A DNA stretch of 64,000 nucleotides from the NCBI GenBank assembly GCA_050250895.1, contig JBFWNU010000003.1, forward strand, positions 299,292-363,291, written 5' to 3'. Numbering within the stretch: position 1 is the stretch's first letter; every line of letters starts with the position of its first letter. This DNA comes from Vulcanimicrobiota bacterium (lineage in GTDB: Bacteria; Vulcanimicrobiota; Xenobia; Xenobiales; JADMJV01). Under the pieces are notes generated by a model, which saw nothing but the letters and a program-made list of their open reading frames with translations, made no database searches and was not told the DNA's origin. Shown in pieces: positions 32,993 to 42,614 of the stretch. The translations under genes and the position numbers were made by a program.

Positions 32993-34042
32993 ATGGTTTT
33001 TTGGTTATCGAAGACACTGCAGAAGTTCCGACGCTCGAAGAAAGTGAGTTCGCTGGCCGTGCTGCTCACCCTACTGTTCGGACTGGTCGGAAACTCGCTG
33101 ACGTTCTACTTCTTCGAGAAGTCCCTACAGCCCGAGTTATCCTGGGCAGATGCCTTCTGGTATAGCATCATTTCCGTGACCACCATCGGCTACGGGGATT
33201 TTAGCGCCTCGACTCTGGGAGCGAGAGTGGGCACGCTCGTCTTCATCATCCTCATCGGTCTTTCGGCCTTTAGCGCCTTTCTCGGCTTGCTGGTCGAGGG
33301 CATGATGCAGATCAACTATAAGGAGTTACACGGTTTGGCTAAGATTCTCAGCGAAGAGCATATTCTCATCATCAACTTTCCCGACAGCGGACGGGTCGAG
33401 CAGATCATTCACGAATTGCGCAATGACCCCGATTACCAAGAGCGTGATGTGGTGGTGGTGAGCGACCGAATCGAGACCCTACCGTTCGAGCTGCCCGACG
33501 TCTTTTTCGTGAAAGGCTCACCTCTTCAGATCGAGACTCTGGAGCGGGCCGGCATCAAGCGGGCCCGCATGGCCATCGTGCTTTCCGACGCGCGCGACCC
33601 GTCCAGCGATGGCCTGGTGGCGGCCATCATCAGCCTGATCGAGCATCTCCATCCTGGGGTCAAGACGGTGGCGGAGTGCCTCGATGACCGGCACGCGGTT
33701 CTCTTTCGCTCCACCCGGTGCGACTCGATCGTGTTCTCGCGCCAGGTGGTCAACAACCTGATCGTGCAAGAGACGCAAGACGAGGGGATCGCCTCGCTGG
33801 TCGCCTTTCTGACTCAGAACACGGGGTCGGCGACGCTCTACTCGTGCCGGGTCGAGGAGGCCAAAGACGAGCCGTACAGCGAAGTGGCCAAGCGTCTGAT
33901 CGATCGCAAAGCCAATCTGCTGGCTGTGCGTCGTGAAGACAGTTATCATCTGCAGCTCGACGGCTTGCGTCCCCAAAAGGGCGACCTGGTGGTCTATATC
34001 GACGAGGAGCGCCGCCCCTGGAAGGCTCTGGCTCGGGCCTGA
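32993..34042 (+). CDS. Potassium channel with RCK/TrkA-N domain
   Basis: TTIGYGD selectivity filter; RCK-like C-terminus; GGAG before ATG 32993. Confidence 0.93.
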   Translation: MVFWLSKTLQKFRRSKKVSSLAVLLTLLFGLVGNSLTFYFFEKSLQPELSWADAFWYSIISVTTIGYGDFSASTLGARVGTLVFIILIGLSAFSAFLGLLVEGMMQINYKELHGLAKILSEEHILIINFPDSGRVEQIIHELRNDPDYQERDVVVVSDRIETLPFELPDVFFVKGSPLQIETLERAGIKRARMAIVLSDARDPSSDGLVAAIISLIEHLHPGVKTVAECLDDRHAVLFRSTRCDSIVFSRQVVNNLIVQETQDEGIASLVAFLTQNTGSATLYSCRVEEAKDEPYSEVAKRLIDRKANLLAVRREDSYHLQLDGLRPQKGDLVVYIDEERRPWKALARA

Positions 34043-34045
34043 CCG

Positions 34046-34537
34046 CTAGGCGGGCATGGCGTCGGCCACGCTTCGCAAGAAAGCATCGCGATACGGATCG
34101 CCCTCGAACGCCTCGGGTAAGCTCTGGGACACCCTCGGCCCTTCGCCCGAGCGGAAGCTTCGGATCATGGCGAACTCGCCAGGGTCAAGCCACATCCCAT
34201 GCCCGTGAGGACAGGCGTCGATCCAGATGCCGGATTCGCAGGCGAACTGATAGTTGTCCATGGCCGCCTCGCAACAGGCGCACTGGCGGGGGCTGGTCGA
34301 CGGGTTGAGGGTTTGCGGACCGGGTGGACGCGTCTCGAGCATTGGGGCTACCTGCTCGTCGGCCTGGGCCAGCAGCTTGCCGAAGTAGAGTTCGGGGATC
34401 CAGAAGCCCTGACAGGCCTGGCACTGAAACACCGCCCCTAACGACTGAAGTGGCTGATGGCAGGCCGGGCAGCCCCGCGGGTTCTGCCAGGTGGCGCGCT
34501 TGGGTTTGCCCCCGAAGAGCTTGCTGAAGAAACCCAT
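34046..34537 (-). CDS. Double zinc-ribbon (zf-TFIIB-like) protein
   Basis: CPAC, CQAC.GFW, CACC, IDACPHGHGMWLDPGE. Confidence 0.85.
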   Translation of the reverse strand: MGFFSKLFGGKPKRATWQNPRGCPACHQPLQSLGAVFQCQACQGFWIPELYFGKLLAQADEQVAPMLETRPPGPQTLNPSTSPRQCACCEAAMDNYQFACESGIWIDACPHGHGMWLDPGEFAMIRSFRSGEGPRVSQSLPEAFEGDPYRDAFLRSVADAMPA

Positions 34538-34806
34538 CAGGCTCCGAACCTCTTGAGCGAGCGCGCTTTAGCCTTGGCTGCCTCCACGGCTCGATCGCGG
34601 CTGGGAGCTTTGGTCTCAAGCCGCCCCAACAACTTTTGTGTCACCATCGTGATCTCGTCGACGGCCTTTTCAAAGGCTTGCTCGTTGGCGCTGGAAGGGT
34701 GGGTGAACCCGCTCACCTTGCGCACGAACTGAAGGGCTGCGGCCCGGATCTCGGCCTCGGTGGCCGGCGGCTCGAAATTGAATAATGGCTTGATATTGCG
34801 GCACAT
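34537..34806 (-). CDS. DUF2277 family protein
   Basis: MCRNIKPLFNFEPPAT...AAALQFVRKVSG. Confidence 0.92.
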   Translation of the reverse strand: MCRNIKPLFNFEPPATEAEIRAAALQFVRKVSGFTHPSSANEQAFEKAVDEITMVTQKLLGRLETKAPSRDRAVEAAKAKARSLKRFGA

Positions 34807-34991
34807 GATGTTTTGCTTCGGCGCTCTCCGAAAGGGGCCTTTTTGTTAACAGTTTATGACGTGATGATTGGAGAAACCCTTTCACAAAAGGCTTCTGTCT
34901 GGATCTACTAGGACATCTGTACCGCTACGGGATGACCCCTGGTAGAAACCTCCCCTTCAAACACGACGTTTTTTGCGGCATACTGGCCAGG

Positions 34992-35255
34992 ATGCTAAGC
35001 ACATTCTTCAACCGGGTGACCGCCGACCCCGCGCCCAAGGACCCTCTGGCTCACTGGACCACCACGCTCTTTGCGCCCAACAGCACCGCCGCCCAGCTGA
35101 TCGAGGCGGCCCGCCATCTGGCCTGCGTCAGCCGCCCTGTCGATCTGCGTTCGCACGTTGACTGGCTACGCCACCTGCACTCCGAGGGCAAACTCGACCT
35201 GCCCTCGCTGCGTGCCATCGAAGCTCACCTGCGCTGCGTTCGCAAACCCGTCTAG
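34992..35255 (+). CDS. Small hypothetical protein
   Basis: 87 aa with ordinary composition; CATACT 7 nt upstream. Confidence 0.5.
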   Translation: MLSTFFNRVTADPAPKDPLAHWTTTLFAPNSTAAQLIEAARHLACVSRPVDLRSHVDWLRHLHSEGKLDLPSLRAIEAHLRCVRKPV

Positions 35256-35296
35256 CCTCGCGCCGCTAGCGCGCCGGGCCGGTCCGGCCCCGCCCC

Positions 35297-36441
35297 GGCC
35301 ATTCGGCAGCACACCCTGCCGAATCAGGCGTACCACGCTGCCGAATCAGACGAGCCTCACTTCCGCACGGAAGTCCCTGCCAGGGCCCCCCGCTGCCCGC
35401 GACCCGCCACCCTCGGCCCGCCGCGACCAGCCGGCCGGGCCGGCCATTCGGCAGCACACACTGCCGAATTCAGCGTACCACGCTGCCGAATCTGGCCAGC
35501 CCCACTTCCACGTGGAAGTCCCGCCCGGGCCGGTCAACGCCGCGACGACGCCGACCAGGGCCGCGACCGGCCGCCGCCCGCGCCCTGCGCGACAAGCCAG
35601 CCCTGGCCCGGCCGTTCGGCAGCACACCCTGCCGAATTCGGCGTACCACGCTGCCGAATCTGGCCAGCCCACTTCCACGTGGAAGTCACCGACCGCGCCG
35701 CCGCCGCCGGCCGGGCCACCCTCGCGACGGCCCGCCGCGCCCGCCGCGACCAGCCGGCCGAGCCGACCGAGCCCAGCCATTCGGCAGCACACACTGCCGA
35801 ATTCGGCGTCCCACGCTGCCGAATCTGGCCAGCCCCACTTCCACGTGGAAGTCACCAACCGCGCCGCCGCCGCCGGCCGGGCCACCCTCGCGACGGCCCG
35901 CCGCGCCCGCCGCGACCAGCCGGCCGGGCCGGCCATTCGGCAGCACACCCTGCCGAATTCGGCGTACCACGCTGCCGAATCTGGCCAGCCCCACTTCCAC
36001 GTGGAAGTCACCGACCGCGCCGCCCCGCCGCCGGCCGGGCCACCCTCGCGACGACCCGCCGCGACCAGCCGGCCGGCCCGGCCATTCGACAGCACCCACT
36101 GCCGAGTCCGGCGTGCCATCCCCACTTCCACGTGGAAGTGCTGGTCCGGCCCCATTCGCGACCCGCCGCCCACGACAGGCACCTGGCTCCGCCCCGAGCC
36201 CAGCCCCACTTCCGTCCGGAAGTCGTGGCCCGGGCCACCTTCGCGACCGCCATCCTTGCCCCACGTTAAGCCGCCCGGCCCGCTACAAGCTACGGCCACC
36301 CGCGACCAGCCACCCGCCGCCAACGACAGGCAACCTGGCCCATTCGCGCGGAAGTCCTGGCCCCGGGCCGCCCAAACCTACCCTGCGACCCGCCGCCCAC
36401 GCCGCCGGAAGTCCGGCACGCGCCACTTCCGCACGGAAGTC
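35297..36441. repeat. Imperfect tandem array of GC-rich palindromic units (about 130-170 bp) with ACTTCC-N4-GGAAGT core
   Basis: Cores at 35359, 35504, 35671, 35837, 35993, 36124, 36208, 36425; TTCGGCAG-N6-CTGCCGAA hairpin precedes the first five. Confidence 0.9.
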
Positions 36442-36555
36442 CCACCAGGCCGGGCGCAGCCCGCGACAAGCAACCCGGTCAAGGCCCGCGGCTAGCCAAC
36501 CCCCAGCCGGCAAGCCCGAAGGGCCGTGCCGGGCAGGTCGCGAACGTCTGGCCGC

Positions 36556-36861
36556 ATGAAGAAAGTTCTGATTCTTTGTCTATTATTGCTGGCCCCCGTC
36601 TTTGCCGACGAGGTCTTCGTGGGTAAGTTCGTCGAGATTCAGGTCGGCGACTATGCTCACCTGAACGTGCTCGACGGCAAGGGCGAAGAGCGCTCGTTCT
36701 GGGTCTCGGGCGACTCGAGTTTCGAGCCTTTTCTCGAGCAACCCGAGAAGTATCGGGGCAAGAAGGTCAAGGTGCACTGGCATAAGGTCAAGCGTAACAT
36801 CCCCGAGGCCGGCGGCGAGATGGAGATCGAAGAGGCCACCTCGATCGAGCTGGCTAAATGA
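36556..36861 (+). CDS. Small secreted protein
   Basis: Signal peptide MKKVLILCLLLLAPVFA. Confidence 0.75.
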   Translation: MKKVLILCLLLLAPVFADEVFVGKFVEIQVGDYAHLNVLDGKGEERSFWVSGDSSFEPFLEQPEKYRGKKVKVHWHKVKRNIPEAGGEMEIEEATSIELAK

Positions 36862-38090
36862 GCAAGGAGCGATTCGTCGAGTTGCTCGTCAAGCAGGGCG
36901 CCAACGTCCAGCCCGACCAGCAGGTGCTGATTCTGGCCGAGCCGAGCTGTGTCGACCTGGTCGAAATAGCGGCCGAGTTCTGCTACGAGCGGGGTGCCCG
37001 CTATGTCGACTATGACGTGGCCGTGCCCTCGGTGGCCCGCGCCCATGTGCTCAAGGCCTCGCCCGACCGGGTCAACTTCGTGCCCACCTATCAGACCGTG
37101 CGCATGGACCAGCTGGTCGACTCGCGCGGGGCGCTCATCGCCCTGCGCAGTCAGGACGAGCCCGATTTGTATGAAGACTTCGACGAGGCCCAGCAGAAGA
37201 AGCTCAACGGCATGCTGGTGGCCCGCCGCGACGCCGTGCGCAGGTATCGCGACGAAGGCGTGCTCAAGCGGCAGGTCGGCTGGTGTCTGGCCGGTCCGCC
37301 GAGTCCCAAGTGGGCGGCCAAGATCTATCCCGAGCTGACTCCCGAGCAGGCCGTCGAAGCGCTCTGGCAAGAGATCTTCAAGATGACCTTCGCCCACGAG
37401 TCAGACTGCCTGGCTCGCTGGTCGGCTCACCTGGATTTGCTGGCCGAACGCACCGAGAAACTCAACCGGATGCGCGTGCGCCAGTTGCGCTTTGTGAGCG
37501 AGAAGAACGATACTGACCTGACCGTGGCCCTGTCGGCCGAGGCCAATTGGGTGAGCGGACGCAAGCAGACCGCCCACGGCATCGACGTGTGCTTGAACAT
37601 CCCCACCTTCGAGGTGTTCACCACGCCCGACTGGCGGGGTACTCAGGGCCGGGTCTCGACCACCCGGCCGGTGATGATCAACGGCACCCTGGTGGAGGGG
37701 CTCAAGATGGTCTTCAAGGATGGCGAGATCGTCGAGACCAGCGCCACCAAGAACGGATCAGCCTACGAGGCTCTCATCAACACACCCGGCGACCCCACCG
37801 CCCGGCGCCTGGGCGAGGTGGCCCTGGTGGGGGTCGACTCGCCGATTTTCCAGAGCGGGCGAGTCTTCCAACACACTCTCTACGACGAGAATGCGGCCTG
37901 CCACATCGCCACCGGAATGGCCTATACCGTGGGCATTCGCGAGGGCGACAAGCTCGACCCCGAGCGCCTCGATGAGCTGGGCTTCAATCGCCAGGCCAAG
38001 ACCCATCAAGACGTGATGATCTCCGACGAGTCGACCACCGTGCTGGCCGACGGCAAAGAGATCCTGGTGGACGGCTCCTGGGTCATCTGA
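36858..38090 (+). CDS. Aminopeptidase, M29 (AmpS/AmpT) family
   Basis: NIPTFEVFTTP, LGEVALV, LYDENAACHIATGMAY, HQDVMI. Confidence 0.93.
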   Translation: MSKERFVELLVKQGANVQPDQQVLILAEPSCVDLVEIAAEFCYERGARYVDYDVAVPSVARAHVLKASPDRVNFVPTYQTVRMDQLVDSRGALIALRSQDEPDLYEDFDEAQQKKLNGMLVARRDAVRRYRDEGVLKRQVGWCLAGPPSPKWAAKIYPELTPEQAVEALWQEIFKMTFAHESDCLARWSAHLDLLAERTEKLNRMRVRQLRFVSEKNDTDLTVALSAEANWVSGRKQTAHGIDVCLNIPTFEVFTTPDWRGTQGRVSTTRPVMINGTLVEGLKMVFKDGEIVETSATKNGSAYEALINTPGDPTARRLGEVALVGVDSPIFQSGRVFQHTLYDENAACHIATGMAYTVGIREGDKLDPERLDELGFNRQAKTHQDVMISDESTTVLADGKEILVDGSWVI

Positions 38091-39463
38091 TGCTCGACCC
38101 CGGCCGGTTTCTGGGCGGCCAGCCGCTGGCGCGAGAGCTGTACGAGCGAGTGGCCGGGCTGCCGCTGGTGTGCCCCCATGGTCACGTCGACCCGGCCCTC
38201 TTGGCCGACCCGGAGAAGCGCTTTGAAGACCCGGTCGAGCTATTCCTCTGGCCCGACCACTACCTGGTGCGCATGCTCTATTCGCAGGGCGTCGGGCTCG
38301 ACCGGCTGGGCCTCGGAGCCGAGGTCGATCGGCGCCAGGTGTGGCGGCTGTTTGCCGAGCATTACTATCTGTTCGCGGGCACTCCCACCGGCATCTGGCT
38401 TGACCATGTTCTGCACGAGCTGTTCGGGCTCGAGCAGCGGCCTGGCGCCGAGAATGCCGACCGGGTCTATGACCAGATTCAAGAGCGCCTGGCCGGCGAC
38501 TTTCGGCCGCGAGAGCTGTACCAGCGCTTCGGTATTGAAGTGCTGTGCACCACCGACGCGGCTACCGACAGCCTCGAACATCACCAGCGAATGCGGGATG
38601 AGGGGTGGGGCCGAGTGTTACCCACCTTTCGGCCGGACCGTTTGCTCAATCCGCTCACCCCCGGATGGGCCGACGAAGTCGAAGCCCTGGCGCGCTTGAC
38701 CGGCCAACCGTGTCAGGAGCTGGCCGGTTTCGTCGAGGCTTTGAGCCGGCGCCGGCGCTATTTTCAGAGCCTGGGAGCGGTGGCCAGCGACCACGGCACC
38801 ACGGTTCGGCTCCTGGCCCCGGCGGTGGACGCCATCGAGCTGTTCGGGCGGGCCCTGGAGGGCCGGCTTGAGCCTGACCAGGCCGAGCGCTTCGAGGGCC
38901 ATATGCTGTGCGAGATGGCCCGTCTGTCGCTGGAGGACGGGCTGGTGATGCAGCTGCATCCGGGCTCTTATCGCAACCACAATGATTGGCTGTTCGAGCG
39001 CTATGGGCCCGACCGGGGCGCCGACATTCCGCTGGCCTGGGAGTTTACCCGGGGGTTGCAGCCGCTTCTGTCGCTCTATGGCAACGAGCCCGGCTTGCGA
39101 CTGGTCGTGTTCACTCTCGATGAGTCGACCTATAGTCGCGAACTGGCTCCCCTGGCCGGGCACTATCCGGCCCTGCTGCTGGGGCCGCCCTGGTGGTTCC
39201 ACGACAGCCCGCGGGGGATGGCTCGCTACTTCGACCGGGTGATGGAGACGGCCGGGCTCTACAATACGGCCGGCTTCAATGATGATACCCGGGCCTTTCT
39301 GTCGATCCCGGCTCGCCACGACCTGTGGCGGCGATGTTCGTGCCGCTGGCTGGCGGGGTTGGTGCAAGAGGGAGCGGTGGGGCGCGAGCAGGCCGAGGAG
39401 ATGGCCGAAGCGATGGCGGTGGGGCTGGCTCGCCGGGCCTACCGATTGGAGTCGCCATGCTAG
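38090..39463 (+). CDS. uxaC: Glucuronate isomerase
   Basis: CPHGHVDP, PDHYLVRMLYSQG, GPPWWFHDS, GFNDDTRAF. Confidence 0.95.
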   Translation: MLDPGRFLGGQPLARELYERVAGLPLVCPHGHVDPALLADPEKRFEDPVELFLWPDHYLVRMLYSQGVGLDRLGLGAEVDRRQVWRLFAEHYYLFAGTPTGIWLDHVLHELFGLEQRPGAENADRVYDQIQERLAGDFRPRELYQRFGIEVLCTTDAATDSLEHHQRMRDEGWGRVLPTFRPDRLLNPLTPGWADEVEALARLTGQPCQELAGFVEALSRRRRYFQSLGAVASDHGTTVRLLAPAVDAIELFGRALEGRLEPDQAERFEGHMLCEMARLSLEDGLVMQLHPGSYRNHNDWLFERYGPDRGADIPLAWEFTRGLQPLLSLYGNEPGLRLVVFTLDESTYSRELAPLAGHYPALLLGPPWWFHDSPRGMARYFDRVMETAGLYNTAGFNDDTRAFLSIPARHDLWRRCSCRWLAGLVQEGAVGREQAEEMAEAMAVGLARRAYRLESPC

Positions 39464-40194
39464 AGGGCAAGAAGGCGCTGGTGACCGGCGGGAGCGGGGT
39501 GCTGGGCAGCGTGATGGCCCGGGGGTTGGCCACGGCCGGGGCCGAGGTGACCGTGCTCAGCCGGCGGCCGGTCGAGGGGCAGTGGCGCAGCCTGGTGGGC
39601 GATGTGACCGACCGCGATAGCCTGGTCAGAGCCCGCGACGAGATCGCGCAGGTCGACATTCTGGTCAACGCCGCCGGGGGCAATCAACCGGGGGCCACCA
39701 TCGGTCCGGGTCAGGATTTGTCGGACCTCGAGCCTGAGGCCCTCGACCAGGTGATCAAGCTCAACCTGCAGGGCACGATTTTGAGCTGCCAGGTGTTTCT
39801 CGAGGCGATGAGCGAGGGGTGCATCGTCAATATCTCGTCGATGGCGGCCGACCGTCCGCTCAGCCGGGTGGTGGGTTATAGCGCGGCCAAGGCGGGGGTC
39901 GAGAACTTCACCCGCTGGCTGGCCGCCGACCTGGCTCGGCGGGGGCGACCGATTCGGGTCAACGCGCTCTCGCCGGGGTTTTTCCTGGCCGACCAGAATC
40001 GAGCTTTGCTGGTCCAGGCCGATGGCAGCCCGACGGCCCGGGGCCAGAGCGTCATCGAGCAGACTCCTATGGGGCGCTTCGGCCAGCCCGAAGAGCTGGT
40101 GGCTCCGCTGCTCTTTCTGGTCAGCCCGGGAGCCAGCTTCGTGACTGGAGCCATCCTACCCGTAGACGGAGGGTTCTCGGCTTTTTGCCTGTGA
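39457..40194 (+). CDS. uxuB: SDR oxidoreductase, probable fructuronate reductase (D-mannonate oxidoreductase)
   Basis: TGGSGVLG, NAAGGN, YSAAK, PGFFLADQN; directly follows uxaC. Confidence 0.8.
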   Translation: MLEGKKALVTGGSGVLGSVMARGLATAGAEVTVLSRRPVEGQWRSLVGDVTDRDSLVRARDEIAQVDILVNAAGGNQPGATIGPGQDLSDLEPEALDQVIKLNLQGTILSCQVFLEAMSEGCIVNISSMAADRPLSRVVGYSAAKAGVENFTRWLAADLARRGRPIRVNALSPGFFLADQNRALLVQADGSPTARGQSVIEQTPMGRFGQPEELVAPLLFLVSPGASFVTGAILPVDGGFSAFCL

Positions 40195-41375
40195 TGAGCG
40201 AGCAAGAGGTGGCTGTCCGACTCGACGGCTTTGCCTTTGCCGGCAAACGCCTGCTGGTGGTCATTCCCGACGGCACCCGCACGGCCCCCATGCAGATGCT
40301 CTATCGCCAGCTGTGCCGGCGCCTCTTGCCGGGGTGTGAGCAGCTGGATTTTCTCATTGCCCTGGGCACACACCCACTGATGAGCGAGGCCGAAATCGAC
40401 CGATTGGTGGGCCCCCGCCAGCCGGGCACGCGGGTGCTCAACCATCGCTGGGACCTACCCGACACCTTTGTCGAGGTGGGCAAGATCAGTCAGGAAGAGA
40501 CCTGGGAGCTATCGGAGGGGCGACTGCGCCTGGAGGTTCCGATTCGGGTAAATCGCCTGTTGCTCGAATACGACCGGGTGCTCTTGTTGGGGCCGGTCTT
40601 TCCTCACGAGGTAGCCGGCTTCTCGGGGGGCAGCAAGTATATCTTTCCTGGCGTGGGTGGGGGAGAGGTCATTCATTTCACCCACTGGCTGGGAGCGCTG
40701 GTCACCAGCTTTGCCACCATCGGGGTCGAGGATACGGCCGTGCGCCGCACCATCGAGCTGGCGGCCGAGCGGGTGCCGTGCGAGCGCACGGCCATCTGCC
40801 TGGTCACCAGCTCCCAAGGGCTGCACGGGATGTTTATCGGCCCGCCTCGAGAGGCGTGGCGTCAGGCGGCTGCTCTATCAGCCCAGGTGCATGTGCGCTA
40901 TCACGACCAGCCCTACCAACGGGTCTTGAGCCTGGTGCCCGAGCGCTATCAAGACCTGTGGACCGGGGCCAAGGGCATGTATAAGGTCGAGCCGGTGGTG
41001 GCCGAGGGGGGAGAAGTGGTCCTCCACGCCCCCCACATCACCGAGGTGTCCTACACTCACGGGCATTTGTTGGATCAAATCGGCTATCACGTGCGCGATT
41101 ACTTTACCAAGCAGTGGGAGCGCTTTCGTGAGTTTCCCTGGGGGGTGCTGGCCCACTCCACCCATCTGCGCGGTTGCGGCACTTTTGAGGACGGAGTGGA
41201 AAAGCCGCGGGTCGAGTTGGTGCTGGCCACGGGCATCGAGCCCGAGCGATGCCGGCGGTTGGGGCTGGGCTATCGCGACCCGGCCACCATCGACCCCGCC
41301 GACTGGGAGCGGCCCGGCTCTTTGCTGGTGCCCAACGCCGGCGAGATTTTGCATCGGTTGAAGAGCTATGCTTGA
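40194..41375 (+). CDS. LarA (lactate racemase)-family epimerase, probable mannonate/gluconate 2-epimerase
   Basis: IPDGTRT, IALGTH, FPHEVAGFSGGSK, WTGAKGMYK. Confidence 0.85.
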   Translation: MSEQEVAVRLDGFAFAGKRLLVVIPDGTRTAPMQMLYRQLCRRLLPGCEQLDFLIALGTHPLMSEAEIDRLVGPRQPGTRVLNHRWDLPDTFVEVGKISQEETWELSEGRLRLEVPIRVNRLLLEYDRVLLLGPVFPHEVAGFSGGSKYIFPGVGGGEVIHFTHWLGALVTSFATIGVEDTAVRRTIELAAERVPCERTAICLVTSSQGLHGMFIGPPREAWRQAAALSAQVHVRYHDQPYQRVLSLVPERYQDLWTGAKGMYKVEPVVAEGGEVVLHAPHITEVSYTHGHLLDQIGYHVRDYFTKQWERFREFPWGVLAHSTHLRGCGTFEDGVEKPRVELVLATGIEPERCRRLGLGYRDPATIDPADWERPGSLLVPNAGEILHRLKSYA

Positions 41376-42183
41376 GGTCCTGGTCGGTCTAGGCCTGGTG
41401 GTGGGCGGTTTTGTCCTCTATCACAAGCGACAGCAGGCCCTCGACCGCGAGCTGCGGGCTCGCCCTTTCCCACCCGAGTGGGAAGGCTATCTCGAGGCCA
41501 ATGCCCCGCTGTACGTCAAGCTGCCCGAGCAGCTCAAACGAGAACTGCATGGGCATATCCACGTCTTCTTGGAACACAAGCGCTTCGAGGGCTGCGGTGG
41601 GCTCGAGGTGACCGACGAGATGCGGGTGACGGTGGCCGGGCTGGCCTGCTTGCTGTTGCTCAACCGCCCTTCCAAGAGCTATCCCGATCTCAAGTCGATT
41701 TTGATTTACCCTTCGGCCTTCGTGGTCGAGTCCAAACGCCGCGAGGGCTACGTCGAGCTGGCCGACGAGCGCCAGGTGCGCCTGGGCGAGTCGTGGGTGG
41801 ATGGGGTGGTGGTCTTGTCCTGGGATGACGTGGCCCGCTCTTCTCACGACGTGCGCGACGGGCACAACCTGGTGCTCCACGAGTTCGCCCATCAACTCGA
41901 CCAGGAGGACGGAAGTTCGGATGGTGTGCCCATCCTGGGCTGCAACTCGCGTTACCTTGCCTGGGCCCAGGTGTTCAGCAAAGACTATCAGAAGCTTCGC
42001 GAGCGCACCGAAAAAGGAAAGAAAAGCGTGTTGGACGCCTATGGAGCGACCAATCCGGCCGAGTTCTTCGCAGTGGCTACCGAGACGTTCTTCGAAAAGC
42101 CCAGACAGCTAAAGAAGAAGTATCCTGACCTCTACGACGAGCTCAAGTCGTTTTATCAGCTCGACCCGCTGAGCTGGCACTAA
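41368..42183 (+). CDS. MtfA-like zinc metallopeptidase (M90)
   Basis: LGESW, HEFAHQLD, YGATNPAEFFAVATETFFE. Confidence 0.92.
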   Translation: MLEVLVGLGLVVGGFVLYHKRQQALDRELRARPFPPEWEGYLEANAPLYVKLPEQLKRELHGHIHVFLEHKRFEGCGGLEVTDEMRVTVAGLACLLLLNRPSKSYPDLKSILIYPSAFVVESKRREGYVELADERQVRLGESWVDGVVVLSWDDVARSSHDVRDGHNLVLHEFAHQLDQEDGSSDGVPILGCNSRYLAWAQVFSKDYQKLRERTEKGKKSVLDAYGATNPAEFFAVATETFFEKPRQLKKKYPDLYDELKSFYQLDPLSWH

Positions 42184-42527
42184 CCGGCTTCGGTCAGGCG
42201 GTACACGTCGCCTTTGCGAGGCGGCGGGGGAAAGCGTCCACCTTCGGCCAGCTCCCGTACCACCCCGATCTCCTCACCTTCGCGATAAACTGCGTAGGTG
42301 CCGGCGATGGGGGCGCGTTGACCGGGACGGAAGGAGGGGACCTCTTTCTCTTTGGTGTCGAGCTTCTCGACCTCTGGTTTGGGGGTTGGCTCCGGCTTGG
42401 CCTCCTGGACCACCTCGACGACCGTCACCGGTTCGGCGACTGGCTCAGGGGCTTTCGTCGGTATACTGACCTGGATCTGCTCCGGTTCGGAGCTGCCACC
42501 AAAGAGGCGGCGAAACAATCCACCCAT
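42180..42527 (-). CDS. Hypothetical protein with C-terminal YjzC-like motif
   Basis: FRPGQRAPIAGTY...GGRFPP. Confidence 0.65.
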   Translation of the reverse strand: MGGLFRRLFGGSSEPEQIQVSIPTKAPEPVAEPVTVVEVVQEAKPEPTPKPEVEKLDTKEKEVPSFRPGQRAPIAGTYAVYREGEEIGVVRELAEGGRFPPPPRKGDVYRLTEAG

Positions 42528-42614
42528 AGCATCACTCCCTTTTTGATCTCGAACCCACGTTCCATGGTAGGGCCTGATGCCGATTTCGTCAAATGGCCTG
42601 GTTATGAGGTTTTT

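Noticed and set aside
35297-36441. CRISPR array interpretation (also considered for 60.6 kb and 63 kb)
   Set aside because: Repeats are too long, the intervening sequences are related to each other rather than unique spacers, and no cas genes are present
35158-36559. Long Pro/Arg/Ala-rich ORFs (up to 445 aa) on both strands
   Set aside because: They are translations of GC-rich palindromic repeats; unit lengths shift frame and there is no protein-like composition
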